Shown: piece by piece, positions 34,967 through 44,870 of the stretch | Numbering within the stretch: the first letter of the stretch is position 1 | Layout: each line of letters starts with the position of its first letter | Virus record (IMG/VR): IMGVR_UViG_3300010885_050098 | Location: 1-64,000 of that record | Direction: 5' to 3' (one strand) | DNA: 64,000 nucleotides | Source: a virus | Program-made: the position numbers and the translations under genes | The notes under the pieces: generated by a model | The model's database searches: none | What the model was told of the DNA's origin: nothing | What the model saw: the letters and a program-made list of their open reading frames with translations, nothing else

Positions 34967-35548
34967 CTACCCGCGAGGGCGACCTACATTCACGCTTGAT
35001 GAGGCTGTAGAACAACCACCTTCACCACACTCAGTAACACCGTTACCTTGTGTTTTATTACAGCTTGGCCCCGTGCATGGAGTTTCCATACCTTTAGGAG
35101 TTCCGCGGTTCTGTCCGCGTAATGCGTGAAATCCTGCTCTAGCGGCCTCTAGACCAGCGCGGTTCTTACCAGTTTTTCCGTGATCAATGTAATCAGCAAG
35201 GTGTTTTGCCATGCCCGCATGAAGTGGGTTATCTGATTTTTGATATGGGGCTTCAAACGCAGTTGCGTTGTTGCGTCCACCGGGAAGAACGGTGTTCTTT
35301 TCAATATCTGTTACTGCCGCACGAGTTCTAAGTATATTAGTATCTTCTGGTGCTGGGCTAGATTTAGGCTCAGACATAGCCCCAGAAATAGCGCTTGCTT
35401 GTTCTGGTCCTACGTTGCTTTTACGGCTAATTGCTTCATCCGCTGCGGCACGACGAGCGGCTTTTGTGCGTGAGTTTCCAGCACGAATAGTCGATAGTTC
35501 AGCAGCGCTTGGGCCCTTGCTAACTCCAAGGTCAATTTTCTTTGTCAT
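34967..35548 (-). CDS. Hypothetical protein with C-terminal Cys cluster
   Basis: ORF track. Confidence 0.6.
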   Translation of the reverse strand: MTKKIDLGVSKGPSAAELSTIRAGNSRTKAARRAAADEAISRKSNVGPEQASAISGAMSEPKSSPAPEDTNILRTRAAVTDIEKNTVLPGGRNNATAFEAPYQKSDNPLHAGMAKHLADYIDHGKTGKNRAGLEAARAGFHALRGQNRGTPKGMETPCTGPSCNKTQGNGVTECGEGGCSTASSSVNVGRPRG

Positions 35549-36039
35549 TATTTAGCCTTTCCGCTGTCAATCTTAATAACTTCTGCTTTGTTATAGCCAA
35601 GCTTTTTGTTATATCCTATTTGACGATCAGCGCTTGCCATTTGAGCTGGGACGTTTTGAGTTCTTTTCATGCGTAGATCAGAAGCATTGTTAAATGATTT
35701 ATTACGCGCTTCTTCTACGGTCTTTCCTTCACCAATAGCTGAAACCTTTTTAGGCCCAGATTTTTTTGCTGGGGAAATTACGGTTTGAGCGCGGTAAGTA
35801 TCATTCTTTCCGTCGTCTGAATCGTCTGCAATACGCTGTACCCAAGCCGATGATTGGTTAGGGGTTCCGTTGTTGCGATGCTTTAATTGAACCGATTCGC
35901 GATCAACTGGGTTTTCTGAGTCGTAGTCAGTATCGTTATCATTTGATTTGTAAACGCGTTCCATTTTAGATGTGTCAACGCCTTCCTTAGGAAGGACGCG
36001 CACATTACTTGTAGGAAACTGACTAGAACTTGGATTCAT
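35548..36039 (-). CDS. Hypothetical protein with N-terminal MNPSSSQF tag
   Basis: ORF track. Confidence 0.65.
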   Translation of the reverse strand: MNPSSSQFPTSNVRVLPKEGVDTSKMERVYKSNDNDTDYDSENPVDRESVQLKHRNNGTPNQSSAWVQRIADDSDDGKNDTYRAQTVISPAKKSGPKKVSAIGEGKTVEEARNKSFNNASDLRMKRTQNVPAQMASADRQIGYNKKLGYNKAEVIKIDSGKAK

Positions 36040-36250
36040 TAGTTTGAACCTGGGTTAACCTTTGCGGCTTCTTCTGAGTTAATAAATCCGTAGTTCATGT
36101 ATGGATGTAATCCAGCGCGGTTCTTAACCACAATCTGGTCACCCATGCCTGCTGCTACTTCTGTGTTTGGGCGGCGCTGGCGGTATTTACCTTCAGTTGC
36201 GCCCTTATCAAGTGATGCGTTCTGTGAACGAGCTACACGTACTGTCATAG

Positions 36251-36463
36251 TTATTTGTACCTTCTCTTTTTTGGAGGATTTGCGTTTTGAACATCAGAAC
36301 CAGATGCTACAACTCTACTGTGCTTTGGGTCGTTAACAAAGGTTTCCATAGCCTCATTAGTATCTGGTGCTGTGTGAATCATTGATCCGCGATATCCGCC
36401 ACGTTTACCGTAGGCGTCAAAAATAACACGATTAGGATTATTTGATTGATCCTTTGCACTCAT
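36251..36463 (-). CDS. Hypothetical protein with N-terminal DQSNNPNR tag
   Basis: MSAKDQSNNPNRV; ATGA-coupled start at 36463. Confidence 0.65.
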   Translation of the reverse strand: MSAKDQSNNPNRVIFDAYGKRGGYRGSMIHTAPDTNEAMETFVNDPKHSRVVASGSDVQNANPPKKRRYK

Positions 36464-36693
36464 GCCATTCTGCCCTTCACTAAGTTTGCACTTTTGCGAC
36501 GTTTGCATTGTGGGCATAGTCCATTTGAGTGCATTGCCTCGACAGGGTTCATGGTGAGCCCGCATTCGATGCATGGTTTAGACCCATTGTAGTAGGTTTT
36601 CTTCAAATCTTGTTGCGTTTCTAACGATACATCTGACATTCCTGACATACCTTCGCCAGTTGAGTCGGTCAATAGACCAGGATCTTTAGACAT
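36460..36693 (-). CDS. Zinc-ribbon protein
   Basis: CIECG...CPQC. Confidence 0.65.
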   Translation of the reverse strand: MSKDPGLLTDSTGEGMSGMSDVSLETQQDLKKTYYNGSKPCIECGLTMNPVEAMHSNGLCPQCKRRKSANLVKGRMA

Positions 36694-37215
36694 TAATCTG
36701 TCTCCTTGCTTAATCCAGCTCTACGATGAGTTAAAGATTCATCTTTTAAAGACGAGGAGCCGGGCCATGAACCGTAACCTAAATCATCGGCTTCATTTTT
36801 TGTAATTTTTCCTGTTACATAGGCTTTAAGAACGTCAACCTGTGCTGGACGAATTCCAAGGTTAAAATCACTTTTATTACGTGGCATTAGACCTGTCCTA
36901 ACGTATTACGGCTAGTTGACTCTGTTGTAGTCGCTTCGCCTGAAAAATCTTTACGGGTAGCCGCTCTACCAGTAAGTTCAATAATATCTTCAATCCCGTA
37001 CTCTGTTTGGGTGTAACCATACTTATCTGGAAACATCTCAATTTGAGGCAAGTTTGGGCGAACCCAGAGCTGTATATCCTCAGAACTCATAGTAATTGAG
37101 GCTACGGCTTGATGAATTAAACGTGAGTGGTTGCTTTCAAAAGGTCCAATGTAATCTTGTGGCTGTTCATTCCAAGGTTTACGGCCATAAACGCCATCTG
37201 CAAATTTACCTGACA

Positions 37216-37419
37216 TTATTCATCCTTTGATGGAATGTGGGTTGTCCAACGATCTTTTCCGTCGTCTAACTTTAATCTAATTCTGCTGGTACCAGTTTTA
37301 TTTGGAACAATTTCTTCAATTTTTCCTTTAACACCAGAACTGTGTGTTGTGTATATGTCACCCAATTTAGGTGGTGTATATTTTCTTTTAGGATCGTTAG
37401 ATCTATCTGGTGCGGGCAT
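37216..37419 (-). CDS. SH3/KOW-like protein with DRSNDPKR tag, paralog of 19252..19440
   Basis: GDIYTTHSSGVKGKIEEIVPNKTGTSRIRL...RWTTHIP. Confidence 0.75.
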   Translation of the reverse strand: MPAPDRSNDPKRKYTPPKLGDIYTTHSSGVKGKIEEIVPNKTGTSRIRLKLDDGKDRWTTHIPSKDE

Positions 37420-37420
37420 A

Positions 37421-37960
37421 TTATTTCCAAGCTGGTCTCATGCGACCCCATTGATCAGCGCGTTTTCTATTTATTACGCCAGGGGAATCACTTTTTACAG
37501 TTGGTCCCGCTTTTCCATCATTAGGTAGATGTGGTGCTGGAACTAATTCAACTTCATCACGATTCTTTTTAGTTTGAATAACACTACCAACTTGAACGCC
37601 TTTCATTTGGCGTTTAATTCCGCGATCAGGTTCAAATCCTGATGGGTAATAGTAATCACTTGGATCAACACGTTCACCGCGGTGAACACCACGCTGGTAA
37701 GATTTTTGCCCAATACGATTTTTCATTCCATCTAACACACGATCAGATGTTGAACTTGGACGCCCACGATCATCACGACGTGAACGAATTGTTCCTAAAT
37801 AACCATCTGGGTATTCTGCGGAAGGTTGTCGACCAACGCCCATGCGTGAAGTATCAAGCTCGGAACGAGCAACAGGTACGCCACCTCCACCGTATGTAGT
37901 GTTGGTGCCATACATGCCACCTGCGCCAAGTGATTGGACGTTTTGGTGAAGATTAGGCAT
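37421..37960 (-). CDS. Conserved hypothetical protein (possibly virion-associated)
   Basis: PSAEYPDGYLGTIRSRRDDR, SYQRGVHRGERVD; leaderless -10 TACACT. Confidence 0.7.
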   Translation of the reverse strand: MPNLHQNVQSLGAGGMYGTNTTYGGGGVPVARSELDTSRMGVGRQPSAEYPDGYLGTIRSRRDDRGRPSSTSDRVLDGMKNRIGQKSYQRGVHRGERVDPSDYYYPSGFEPDRGIKRQMKGVQVGSVIQTKKNRDEVELVPAPHLPNDGKAGPTVKSDSPGVINRKRADQWGRMRPAWK

Positions 37961-37974
37961 ACGCTAAGTGTAAG

Positions 37975-39147
37975 TTAGCGAACCCCGCCAAGTACGGTTA
38001 ACTCCTTGCGAGGATCAAAACCTTCTCCAACAACCATTGAAATGATTCCGGGTGCTGACTCAAGTCCTGACTTATCTCTAAACCAAGCGGATCCGCCATC
38101 CATTGCTGGGTTTTGTACAAACAAACGTGGTCCAACGCTTTGTGCACGGTAATGGTGATAATGACCAACGTTAAGAATGTCAGCGTTTGCTACGGAACAA
38201 CGTCCCATAATTTGACCTGCCCACCATTTAACCATGTCTCTAGCTTGGTGTCCGTGAGCCATTCCATACATAGCACCGCTTAAGTTAACTGTAAGTGTGC
38301 TGTCATCTGAGGCTGGGAATCTAAACTCAACGCGATCTTTAAGAAAATCGTTCTCAGCGCAAATGTCTGCAACTGATGCAACAACCTCAATCTGCCATGA
38401 ATCTTCTGGGCGACCAACAAGGAATCGTTGAACCTCATCGTGGTTGCCCGGTACTACTGGAACAATAATTTTTTCTGCAAGTGGGGCCATTGCTTTGATC
38501 TGCGCCATAAGAACGCGACGTCCTACGCGCACCTGCTCTGATACACCAATGTCATGGCGACCCATTACTTTACCTTTTTGACTTGTCATACCTTCAATGC
38601 AATCGCCAAGTTGTGGCAATGCAATTTGGTTAATTCCATATTTAGTTGCTAAATACTTATGACGTTCTACTGACTCATCTAATGACTTAAGCATTCTGTC
38701 AATAATTGCGGGTGTGTCATCTTTACCGTATTGGGTATCACCAACGCTATACACGGCAGTTAAATCACCTTTAAAATGTTCAACCTTTTCTGGCTTCCAA
38801 TTATTTACTTGCTCTAAAAGTTTTTCTTGATCGTAATCCGCTTGACCGTGTGGGTGAACTGGAACTACGTTTACTCTGAATGACTCTAGCCAATCTCCGT
38901 CATATTTTTGCCAACGTGATCGACGATGTGAAATAACAGCCCACTCGGCTGGATCTAAGTTTGCTTCTCTTAAAATTTCTTCGGCTCCGGGAGTATTGCC
39001 ATCGGGCCTTGGCGTTGAAATAACAAAACCGCCGTCTGTTCCTATTTCAGAACGTGGTCTCCACGCATCTGGAATATCTTTTACTACGTTATCTGATCCT
39101 TCGTTTCCTGCTTTTATAAATTCGCTAAATTCATCCTTTAGAGCCAC
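37975..39147 (-). CDS. Calcineurin-like metallophosphoesterase
   Basis: GDTQYG, GDCIEG, PGNHD, HGH, GHYHH. Confidence 0.9.
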   Translation of the reverse strand: MALKDEFSEFIKAGNEGSDNVVKDIPDAWRPRSEIGTDGGFVISTPRPDGNTPGAEEILREANLDPAEWAVISHRRSRWQKYDGDWLESFRVNVVPVHPHGQADYDQEKLLEQVNNWKPEKVEHFKGDLTAVYSVGDTQYGKDDTPAIIDRMLKSLDESVERHKYLATKYGINQIALPQLGDCIEGMTSQKGKVMGRHDIGVSEQVRVGRRVLMAQIKAMAPLAEKIIVPVVPGNHDEVQRFLVGRPEDSWQIEVVASVADICAENDFLKDRVEFRFPASDDSTLTVNLSGAMYGMAHGHQARDMVKWWAGQIMGRCSVANADILNVGHYHHYRAQSVGPRLFVQNPAMDGGSAWFRDKSGLESAPGIISMVVGEGFDPRKELTVLGGVR

Positions 39148-39437
39148 ATGAACACCATTTATTTCTGTGAGATTTGAATGCAGTTATTTTGGGAAATTTT
39201 TCATCTTTTCCATATAAAAATCTGTGCAAACTCGCTGTGGAGGCTGAATCATTTGCAAGCAGTAAATCAAAGTCTTTACGTAATTCTTCATCTTTGTCAG
39301 ACAACCAATTAGCAACAGAGCAATAATTTCTTGCGTTAGGCGGGGTTCTTTCCACAAGCCTATTTAATCACAACCGTGTAATTCCCACAAATGAGAAAGC
39401 CCCCCTTTACGTCGGGGGGCGGACGCCTAGTAACTAA

Positions 39438-39767
39438 CTAGGATTGGCTGTTAATGCCGTCGCGAAAGTTAGGCGCGGTTCTTTTAACAGCTGCCTGAAA
39501 CAAACGACCGTTACCCTGAGTTGCCCCAGCTTCTGGTGATTTATATGCAGGAATCTTTGCAGTGATGCCGTATGCGGCTCCACTTGTTGCTTTTACGTTT
39601 TTACGAGCGCCAGTTGTTCCGCCCGCTCCACCTGAAGCAGTGTTCTTCTTTTTTACAAGCGTACCCGTTGTTTCACCTGATGCATTGCGTGCTTTTGTTC
39701 CAACACCGTCTACCGGTGTTGTTGAAGCAGGCGCAATAGGCGCTGGGTTCTTTATTGAATCTGTCAT
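39438..39767 (-). CDS. Basic low-complexity protein
   Basis: ORF track; RBS AAAGGA. Confidence 0.6.
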   Translation of the reverse strand: MTDSIKNPAPIAPASTTPVDGVGTKARNASGETTGTLVKKKNTASGGAGGTTGARKNVKATSGAAYGITAKIPAYKSPEAGATQGNGRLFQAAVKRTAPNFRDGINSQS

Positions 39768-39814
39768 TTAGTTTCCTTTGGCCAAAGGGGTTGGTAAATT
39801 AAAATGTAGCACTA

Positions 39815-40090
39815 TTAACTAGTTTTTACTTCGAATACGATGGCTGAAATTTGACCATCATGGCTTTCAATACTGGCAAAACCGGGTACGCAAACTAGAT
39901 CGATACCTCGTGGCGCTGTATAACCACGTGCGATTGCAATAGCTTTTACGGCCTGATTAACGGCTCCAGCACCTACTGCACGGATCTTGCATCCACGAGT
40001 CTCATAGACGCTGTGGGCGATGGCTGAGGCCACCGACTGAGGGTTAGAACCTGCACCTACACGTAGGATGTTCTCTTCTTGCTCTGACAT
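39815..40090 (-). CDS. spoVS: SpoVS-family protein
   Basis: LRVGAGSNPQSVASAIA...AVGAGAVNQAVKAIAIARG. Confidence 0.9.
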   Translation of the reverse strand: MSEQEENILRVGAGSNPQSVASAIAHSVYETRGCKIRAVGAGAVNQAVKAIAIARGYTAPRGIDLVCVPGFASIESHDGQISAIVFEVKTS

Positions 40091-40141
40091 ATTATGCTCC
40101 TAGGGTTACGAATTATGTTCTCCTAGGGAAAAGTATGGGGT

Positions 40142-40363
40142 CTAGACCAAGTTTGGTCTGTCCAAAGGGGTAGGAGCTTTGGCGTAAGTTCCGCACAAAG
40201 AGCACTCCATATCAAGCAAATATTGGGACAGTTCATAGTCCTGAAAACTGGCTTTAATGTTCCAAAGGGTGGATTCACATACAGGACATTCATGATGGAT
40301 CTCATCGGCATGATCCATATTGCCCGTGTAATCGGGTTTTAATTCCCTAACTGACCTAGCCAT
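40142..40363 (-). CDS. Zinc-ribbon protein
   Basis: HECPVC...MECSLCG..AKAPTPLD. Confidence 0.7.
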   Translation of the reverse strand: MARSVRELKPDYTGNMDHADEIHHECPVCESTLWNIKASFQDYELSQYLLDMECSLCGTYAKAPTPLDRPNLV

Positions 40364-40715
40364 TGGCTTCTTTACGAAGTTTCTCTAAGAGTTCTTCGTT
40401 AGTTTTCATTTCTTTTTCAATAAGGGAACGTTCTTCTTCAGACAACTTATCTTTATTAACCTCATAAAATTCGTTTCCGGCTTTAACCCCAGTCTCAAAA
40501 ATGGTTAACTGCATAATACGACGTTGCTGAATAAAATCTTGTTGTTCCGCAATCCTAAGAGCAATCTTTTCTTGTCGTTTACTCATCTACGTTTTCCTTT
40601 GCCCAGTCTATCCACTCAAACATTAAGTCATTAACATCAATAGTTTCAGAAAAACCTAATTCATGTAAATGCTCAATAAAATCGTCATCCGCTACCAATA
40701 TCGGTAAGTTGTTAG

Positions 40716-40880
40716 TCATGCTTTACCGCCCCATCCTCCACCTTTAAAATGAATTGCAGGCGGTGTAAATACTTTGGTTAAAGTTACATTACATCTTTCA
40801 CATTTTGGAAACGGATTATCCGTAACCAAAATCTCTACAACCGTCTCACAGTTTACGCATTTAAAATCAAATCTTGGCAT
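40716..40880 (-). CDS. FmdB-family zinc-ribbon protein
   Basis: Hand-translated MPRFDFKCVNC...CERC...VFTPPAIHFKGGGW. Confidence 0.8.
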   Translation of the reverse strand: MPRFDFKCVNCETVVEILVTDNPFPKCERCNVTLTKVFTPPAIHFKGGGWGGKA

Positions 40881-41452
40881 TATTTTTCTCTACTATCTGC
40901 GGTCTGTAATTTGTCATAGATTTCTTTTTCATAAGCCATCTTACCCTTTCCTGAGGCAATGTGCGCTAAGCCATATGAATCAGCGGCATTATCATCAGAA
41001 AATTCTACATTCCATTTCTTAAACACGTTTAGAAGCATTTGATTTTTTTGAATGCCGTTACCGCGTCCAGTAACGTATTTCTTTAAAGAAGTGGGAGCAA
41101 CGATCAATGGGTAGTTTCCTTTACCAATGTTGTCCATTTCGTAAAGGGCAAGTTTTACAGCACCCCCTAGTTCTCCTGATTGGGCTACCCCAAATTCACG
41201 ACCATAAGCGTAACCTTCCATAGCAACATCTTTTACAACGCCCCTAACAACAGCATCAGAAAGTGTGCTCCTAAGATGTTCTTGTATTTCGGAAAGCCTT
41301 GAAACACCGCCACTATCAAATTTGGCAACTGTTGTTTCGTAAGAACTATCTGAACCTAAAATAGTTATAGCAAATCCACTATAGGACTGATCAATCCCAA
41401 CATACAAATCAACTTCATTTGAATAACCCGGACCAAAAGTTTTTAATCTCAT
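40880..41452 (-). CDS. ruvC: RuvC-like Holliday junction resolvase
   Basis: VGIDQS, AMEGY, LKKYVTGRGN..K, DDNAADSYGL. Confidence 0.85.
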   Translation of the reverse strand: MRLKTFGPGYSNEVDLYVGIDQSYSGFAITILGSDSSYETTVAKFDSGGVSRLSEIQEHLRSTLSDAVVRGVVKDVAMEGYAYGREFGVAQSGELGGAVKLALYEMDNIGKGNYPLIVAPTSLKKYVTGRGNGIQKNQMLLNVFKKWNVEFSDDNAADSYGLAHIASGKGKMAYEKEIYDKLQTADSREK

Positions 41453-41946
41453 GGGAACATCCGAGTACTGCGATTTACCTGTCCGTTTGATGTTCGTCGG
41501 GTTAGTTCTCGGCTAGTCAATTGAGTGTTGCGCTCTACGTTACCAACCATAACTTCAATTAATTTTTTGTAAGCGTACTTGGCGTTTAATGCCTCACGTA
41601 AATGAATAATTTCTGGATCAGAAGCCATACGAGCTTTCATAATTGTTACAGTTTCTTTTTTATTAGCTTCGTACGCTGAAATATAATTTTTACTTTCCGC
41701 AAAATCTAATGCGTGATCAGCATTTTTTTCGTCTATCAAAGCGCAGGCGTATTGAGCTGATAAAAAGTTAGCGTAAGAAGTTAACTCACCAAATAAATGC
41801 ATGAGACCTTCGTCATCTAGCGTTGTTATATCTGTTGGCATATTAGGAACTTGCAATTCCATTTTTGTGTGGAATTGGAAACCCTGCAATTGCAGGTTAT
41901 CAATTACTGGTTGACTGGTACCAGCATTAATCGCTAACTCGCTCAT
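41449..41946 (-). CDS. Helical protein, possibly a UvsY-like recombination mediator
   Basis: Helical, ends LTSRELTRR; lies in the recombination cluster; start at 41946. Confidence 0.45.
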   Translation of the reverse strand: MSELAINAGTSQPVIDNLQLQGFQFHTKMELQVPNMPTDITTLDDEGLMHLFGELTSYANFLSAQYACALIDEKNADHALDFAESKNYISAYEANKKETVTIMKARMASDPEIIHLREALNAKYAYKKLIEVMVGNVERNTQLTSRELTRRTSNGQVNRSTRMFP

Positions 41947-42805
41947 CCTTCTCCTCCTTGTAATCGCTGCATTTGCCACAGCCTGTAACACCGCTAATGT
42001 TACATATAGGAGGGGTACCTTTGTCAATTGCTGCAATTATGTTAGCCGCTGCTTCAAATAATTCGGAAATGCCCCAATCACTTTTTTGTATTACAAACTC
42101 TTTATGTTCATGCAAACCCTTTGCTTCATATAAAAGTAAAGCTTCTTGAGGAGCATCTGGCTGTCCCATAAGTTCTAACAATTTCATATAAATCTGCGCC
42201 TGGTGAATATGTTCTAAGAACGGAGCTTTAATTGCAGCCCACATTTTCTTAAAATCTCCGTTATGTTCATAAGCAATGTCCGGCGCGTACCACCGAATAC
42301 TTCCCTCGCCAATAGTCTTAACTTCTAAAAGTAATGGATCTCCAAAATTAACCAGCCAACCATCAGCTTTACCTGAAATTCGAAGCGGATCAAAAAATAC
42401 AGGAACCTCATTGTATTTAGTTCTACAACCACCTTGCACATGTTCGCTATGTAAACCAAACCATTCAAGATCGTGGGTGTAACAGTACCAAAGACCTTTT
42501 ATTTGATCCATTTCTTTAAACCAAGTTTGAAACATATCGTGAGTAGCGTGACCAGTTCCAAAAATTGAAGCGCGTCGAAGGCTCATTACATCTGGTTTTG
42601 GTGTTTCTCCCTTTAACCAAAAGTACTGTGCTCTATGACACCAACTAGCGGAAGCCATCTCTGATGGATGAATAACGGTTGTTGAACGAGGATCTTGAGG
42701 TTTAGAAATAAGGTGACGTTCTACCGCTCCTAAAACTCTGGTGCCTTTACCGGCATCTAAAAAGGCTTTCAATGCACCAGTTGGTTTCATTTCTTTTTTA
42801 CCCAT
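41927..42805 (-). CDS. Cas4-like PD-(D/E)XK exonuclease
   Basis: IHPSE...WCHR, GKADG..LLEVKT, HQAQIY, C-terminal CN..GCGKC. Confidence 0.85.
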   Translation of the reverse strand: MGKKEMKPTGALKAFLDAGKGTRVLGAVERHLISKPQDPRSTTVIHPSEMASASWCHRAQYFWLKGETPKPDVMSLRRASIFGTGHATHDMFQTWFKEMDQIKGLWYCYTHDLEWFGLHSEHVQGGCRTKYNEVPVFFDPLRISGKADGWLVNFGDPLLLEVKTIGEGSIRWYAPDIAYEHNGDFKKMWAAIKAPFLEHIHQAQIYMKLLELMGQPDAPQEALLLYEAKGLHEHKEFVIQKSDWGISELFEAAANIIAAIDKGTPPICNISGVTGCGKCSDYKEEKDERVSD

Positions 42806-43113
42806 TCCTCTAATGTTTTTCCATGTTTAGTGGCTTTACGTTTAAGAGCGTTACGCTCTCTATGAGATAAGCCACCCCATATACCGTGTTGTTCGTCGTT
42901 CCCGTCAGCATAAAGTAAACACTCTAGGCGCACGGGACATTCTGCCTTACCATCCTTGCCAAAGCAAACTGCCTTAGCTTTATCAGCAATGGGTTTATAT
43001 AGTTTTTTATCTCGTGGCGGAAACCAATAATCTGTTTCTGGGTTTTCGCACATGCCACGACACTTGGCTTGATAGCGCCACTTTTCTACACCTTCGTCTT
43101 CGTACAAGAGCAC
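42787..43113 (-). CDS. whiB: WhiB-family transcription factor
   Basis: WRYQAKC...AKAVC...CPVRLECL...GIWGGLSHRER. Confidence 0.92.
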   Translation of the reverse strand: MLLYEDEGVEKWRYQAKCRGMCENPETDYWFPPRDKKLYKPIADKAKAVCFGKDGKAECPVRLECLLYADGNDEQHGIWGGLSHRERNALKRKATKHGKTLEEWVKKK

Positions 43114-43424
43114 TCCAATATGGATTGGCGCAGCTCCAGAAAATCATCTTCCGTTAGCATTATGTAGTTTTCACCGTTTAGATGAAACCCGAGGACTGGG
43201 GTACGGCCATCAATAATTGCTTCAGTAACAATTTTTTCTAAAACCGCAGCCTTAACGGATACGGAAGCTTTGCCCGTCCACTTATGCTCTATGAGCAAAT
43301 CTGCGGAACGAACATCGCCTTTACGACTCCAAAATGCTCCGCTGGCTGCTGTTCGTTTGCCACCGACTGCTTTTGCAAGTCTATCCTCGTGCTTCCTTGA
43401 CTCCTTTTGTCCTTTACTCTTCAT
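43086..43424 (-). CDS. Hjc-like PD-(D/E)XK resolvase/nuclease
   Basis: HEDRLA...ASGA...KGDV...LIEHK. Confidence 0.75.
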   Translation of the reverse strand: MKSKGQKESRKHEDRLAKAVGGKRTAASGAFWSRKGDVRSADLLIEHKWTGKASVSVKAAVLEKIVTEAIIDGRTPVLGFHLNGENYIMLTEDDFLELRQSILECSCTKTKV

Positions 43425-44499
43425 CTTCGTCTGCGACTACTACGTACTTAGACCCAGCTCGGACTACTTCAAGAACATCCTTCTCCAGTGTTTCACGGAG
43501 GTCGATCTCCTCCTTGATGGAACTAACCATAGCATCAGATCCTTGCCACTGCCTTTGCTCACCATTGAAGGTGTAGCGGTAGTAAGCACCAGCTCGTGTA
43601 ATAACCTTATTAATAATGCCCATAGCCACAATTTCTTTGGCAAAATCGTATTCGCCAGCAGGAACAGTTCCGCCATCGGCAAAATAAAAGTCCATAAAAG
43701 CAACCTGTGATGGAGGGGCTGATTTATTCTTTAAAGTTCTAGCCTTAATAGTTTGACCTACACGGCGCTTAGAATCTCCTGTACCAACCTCAATCCACTC
43801 GTCGCGCTTAACTTCAACGCGGGTAAAGTAACTGTAGTTCTTTCCCTTACCGCCTGGGGTAGTGCGTGGATCTCCATACATAACTCCAACACGATCACGC
43901 CATTGATTAATCATAATTCCAATAAATGGACGTTCTTCTTCTGTAAGACTGCGCTTTGATGATTTGCCAACCTTACGAAAAAATTTATTGGTTAAGAGCG
44001 CCCCTCGTCCAACGGTGAATTCATCCATTTCTTTTTGATCTTCCGCGCTAGGAACGAGAGCAGGAAGGGAGTCGATAACAATACAATCAACAGACTTGCT
44101 TTCGATGAGTTGAATAACCGCTTCATAAACTTCCTCCATGATATTTGATTCAATGACAAACAGGCGGGATACGTCTACCCCACATAATTCAGCGTATGTA
44201 GGAACCCATTGCTCTGCAGCAACCCATACCGTTGTAAATTCAGGGTTCTTCTTTTGATTTGCTGCAATTGTTTTAAATGCAAGTGCAGTCTTACCGTTAG
44301 ATTCTTCTCCAACAATTTCATGCCATTGATTAATTGGCCAGCCACCACCAAGTGCAACGTCAAGTGAAAGTGAACCCGTGGGGAATCGTTCTGACAAGTC
44401 TCTAATATCTGATCCAAGAACAATAGTGTCTTGACCAAACTTCTTATTTAGTTTTGCAATTACTCGTAATACTTCCGTGTTATGCGCCATTGTTTTCAT
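43414..44499 (-). CDS. recA: RecA/UvsX recombinase
   Basis: TGSLSLDVALGGG, GEESNGKT, VIDSLPAL, INQWR, TPGGKG. Confidence 0.95.
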   Translation of the reverse strand: MKTMAHNTEVLRVIAKLNKKFGQDTIVLGSDIRDLSERFPTGSLSLDVALGGGWPINQWHEIVGEESNGKTALAFKTIAANQKKNPEFTTVWVAAEQWVPTYAELCGVDVSRLFVIESNIMEEVYEAVIQLIESKSVDCIVIDSLPALVPSAEDQKEMDEFTVGRGALLTNKFFRKVGKSSKRSLTEEERPFIGIMINQWRDRVGVMYGDPRTTPGGKGKNYSYFTRVEVKRDEWIEVGTGDSKRRVGQTIKARTLKNKSAPPSQVAFMDFYFADGGTVPAGEYDFAKEIVAMGIINKVITRAGAYYRYTFNGEQRQWQGSDAMVSSIKEEIDLRETLEKDVLEVVRAGSKYVVVADEDEE

Positions 44500-44870
44500 T
44501 ATCCCAATTTCCCGATGATTGTTGTTGGATTCCATCCGCCTGTTGCTACTTGCACTGCTGGTACAGCAGGTCCTGAAGCCTGTGGGCCACCAGTAATTCC
44601 TTTACCTAAACCACTACCGCTTTGAACAATTGGATAACCGCAATCATAACAACGCGCTTTAGTTCCTTCAATTGATCCGTAGTTTCCACTTCCGCAACCG
44701 GGGCATCTTGATGCATTTGCTGATGCTGTTGGGCGAGCGCCTTGTTGTGGTTGAGACGGTGGTGTGTACGCCATTGGGATCTGCGACGGAGGTAAAGGCA
44801 TCTCTTGTCTTGGTTGCGGTGACTGTGGTGCCTGTCCTGCAAGTTTATTTGCCCACCAATTAGTGCTCAC
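44499..44870 (-). CDS. Zinc-ribbon protein
   Basis: CPGCGSGNY...RCYDCGYP. Confidence 0.7.
   Translation of the reverse strand: MSTNWWANKLAGQAPQSPQPRQEMPLPPSQIPMAYTPPSQPQQGARPTASANASRCPGCGSGNYGSIEGTKARCYDCGYPIVQSGSGLGKGITGGPQASGPAVPAVQVATGGWNPTTIIGKLG

Noticed and set aside
43270-43710. Antisense ORFs in the track (for example 43270..43710, 59519..59830, 61802..62209)
   Set aside because: Shadow frames opposite well-supported genes, with no RBS or recognisable motifs.
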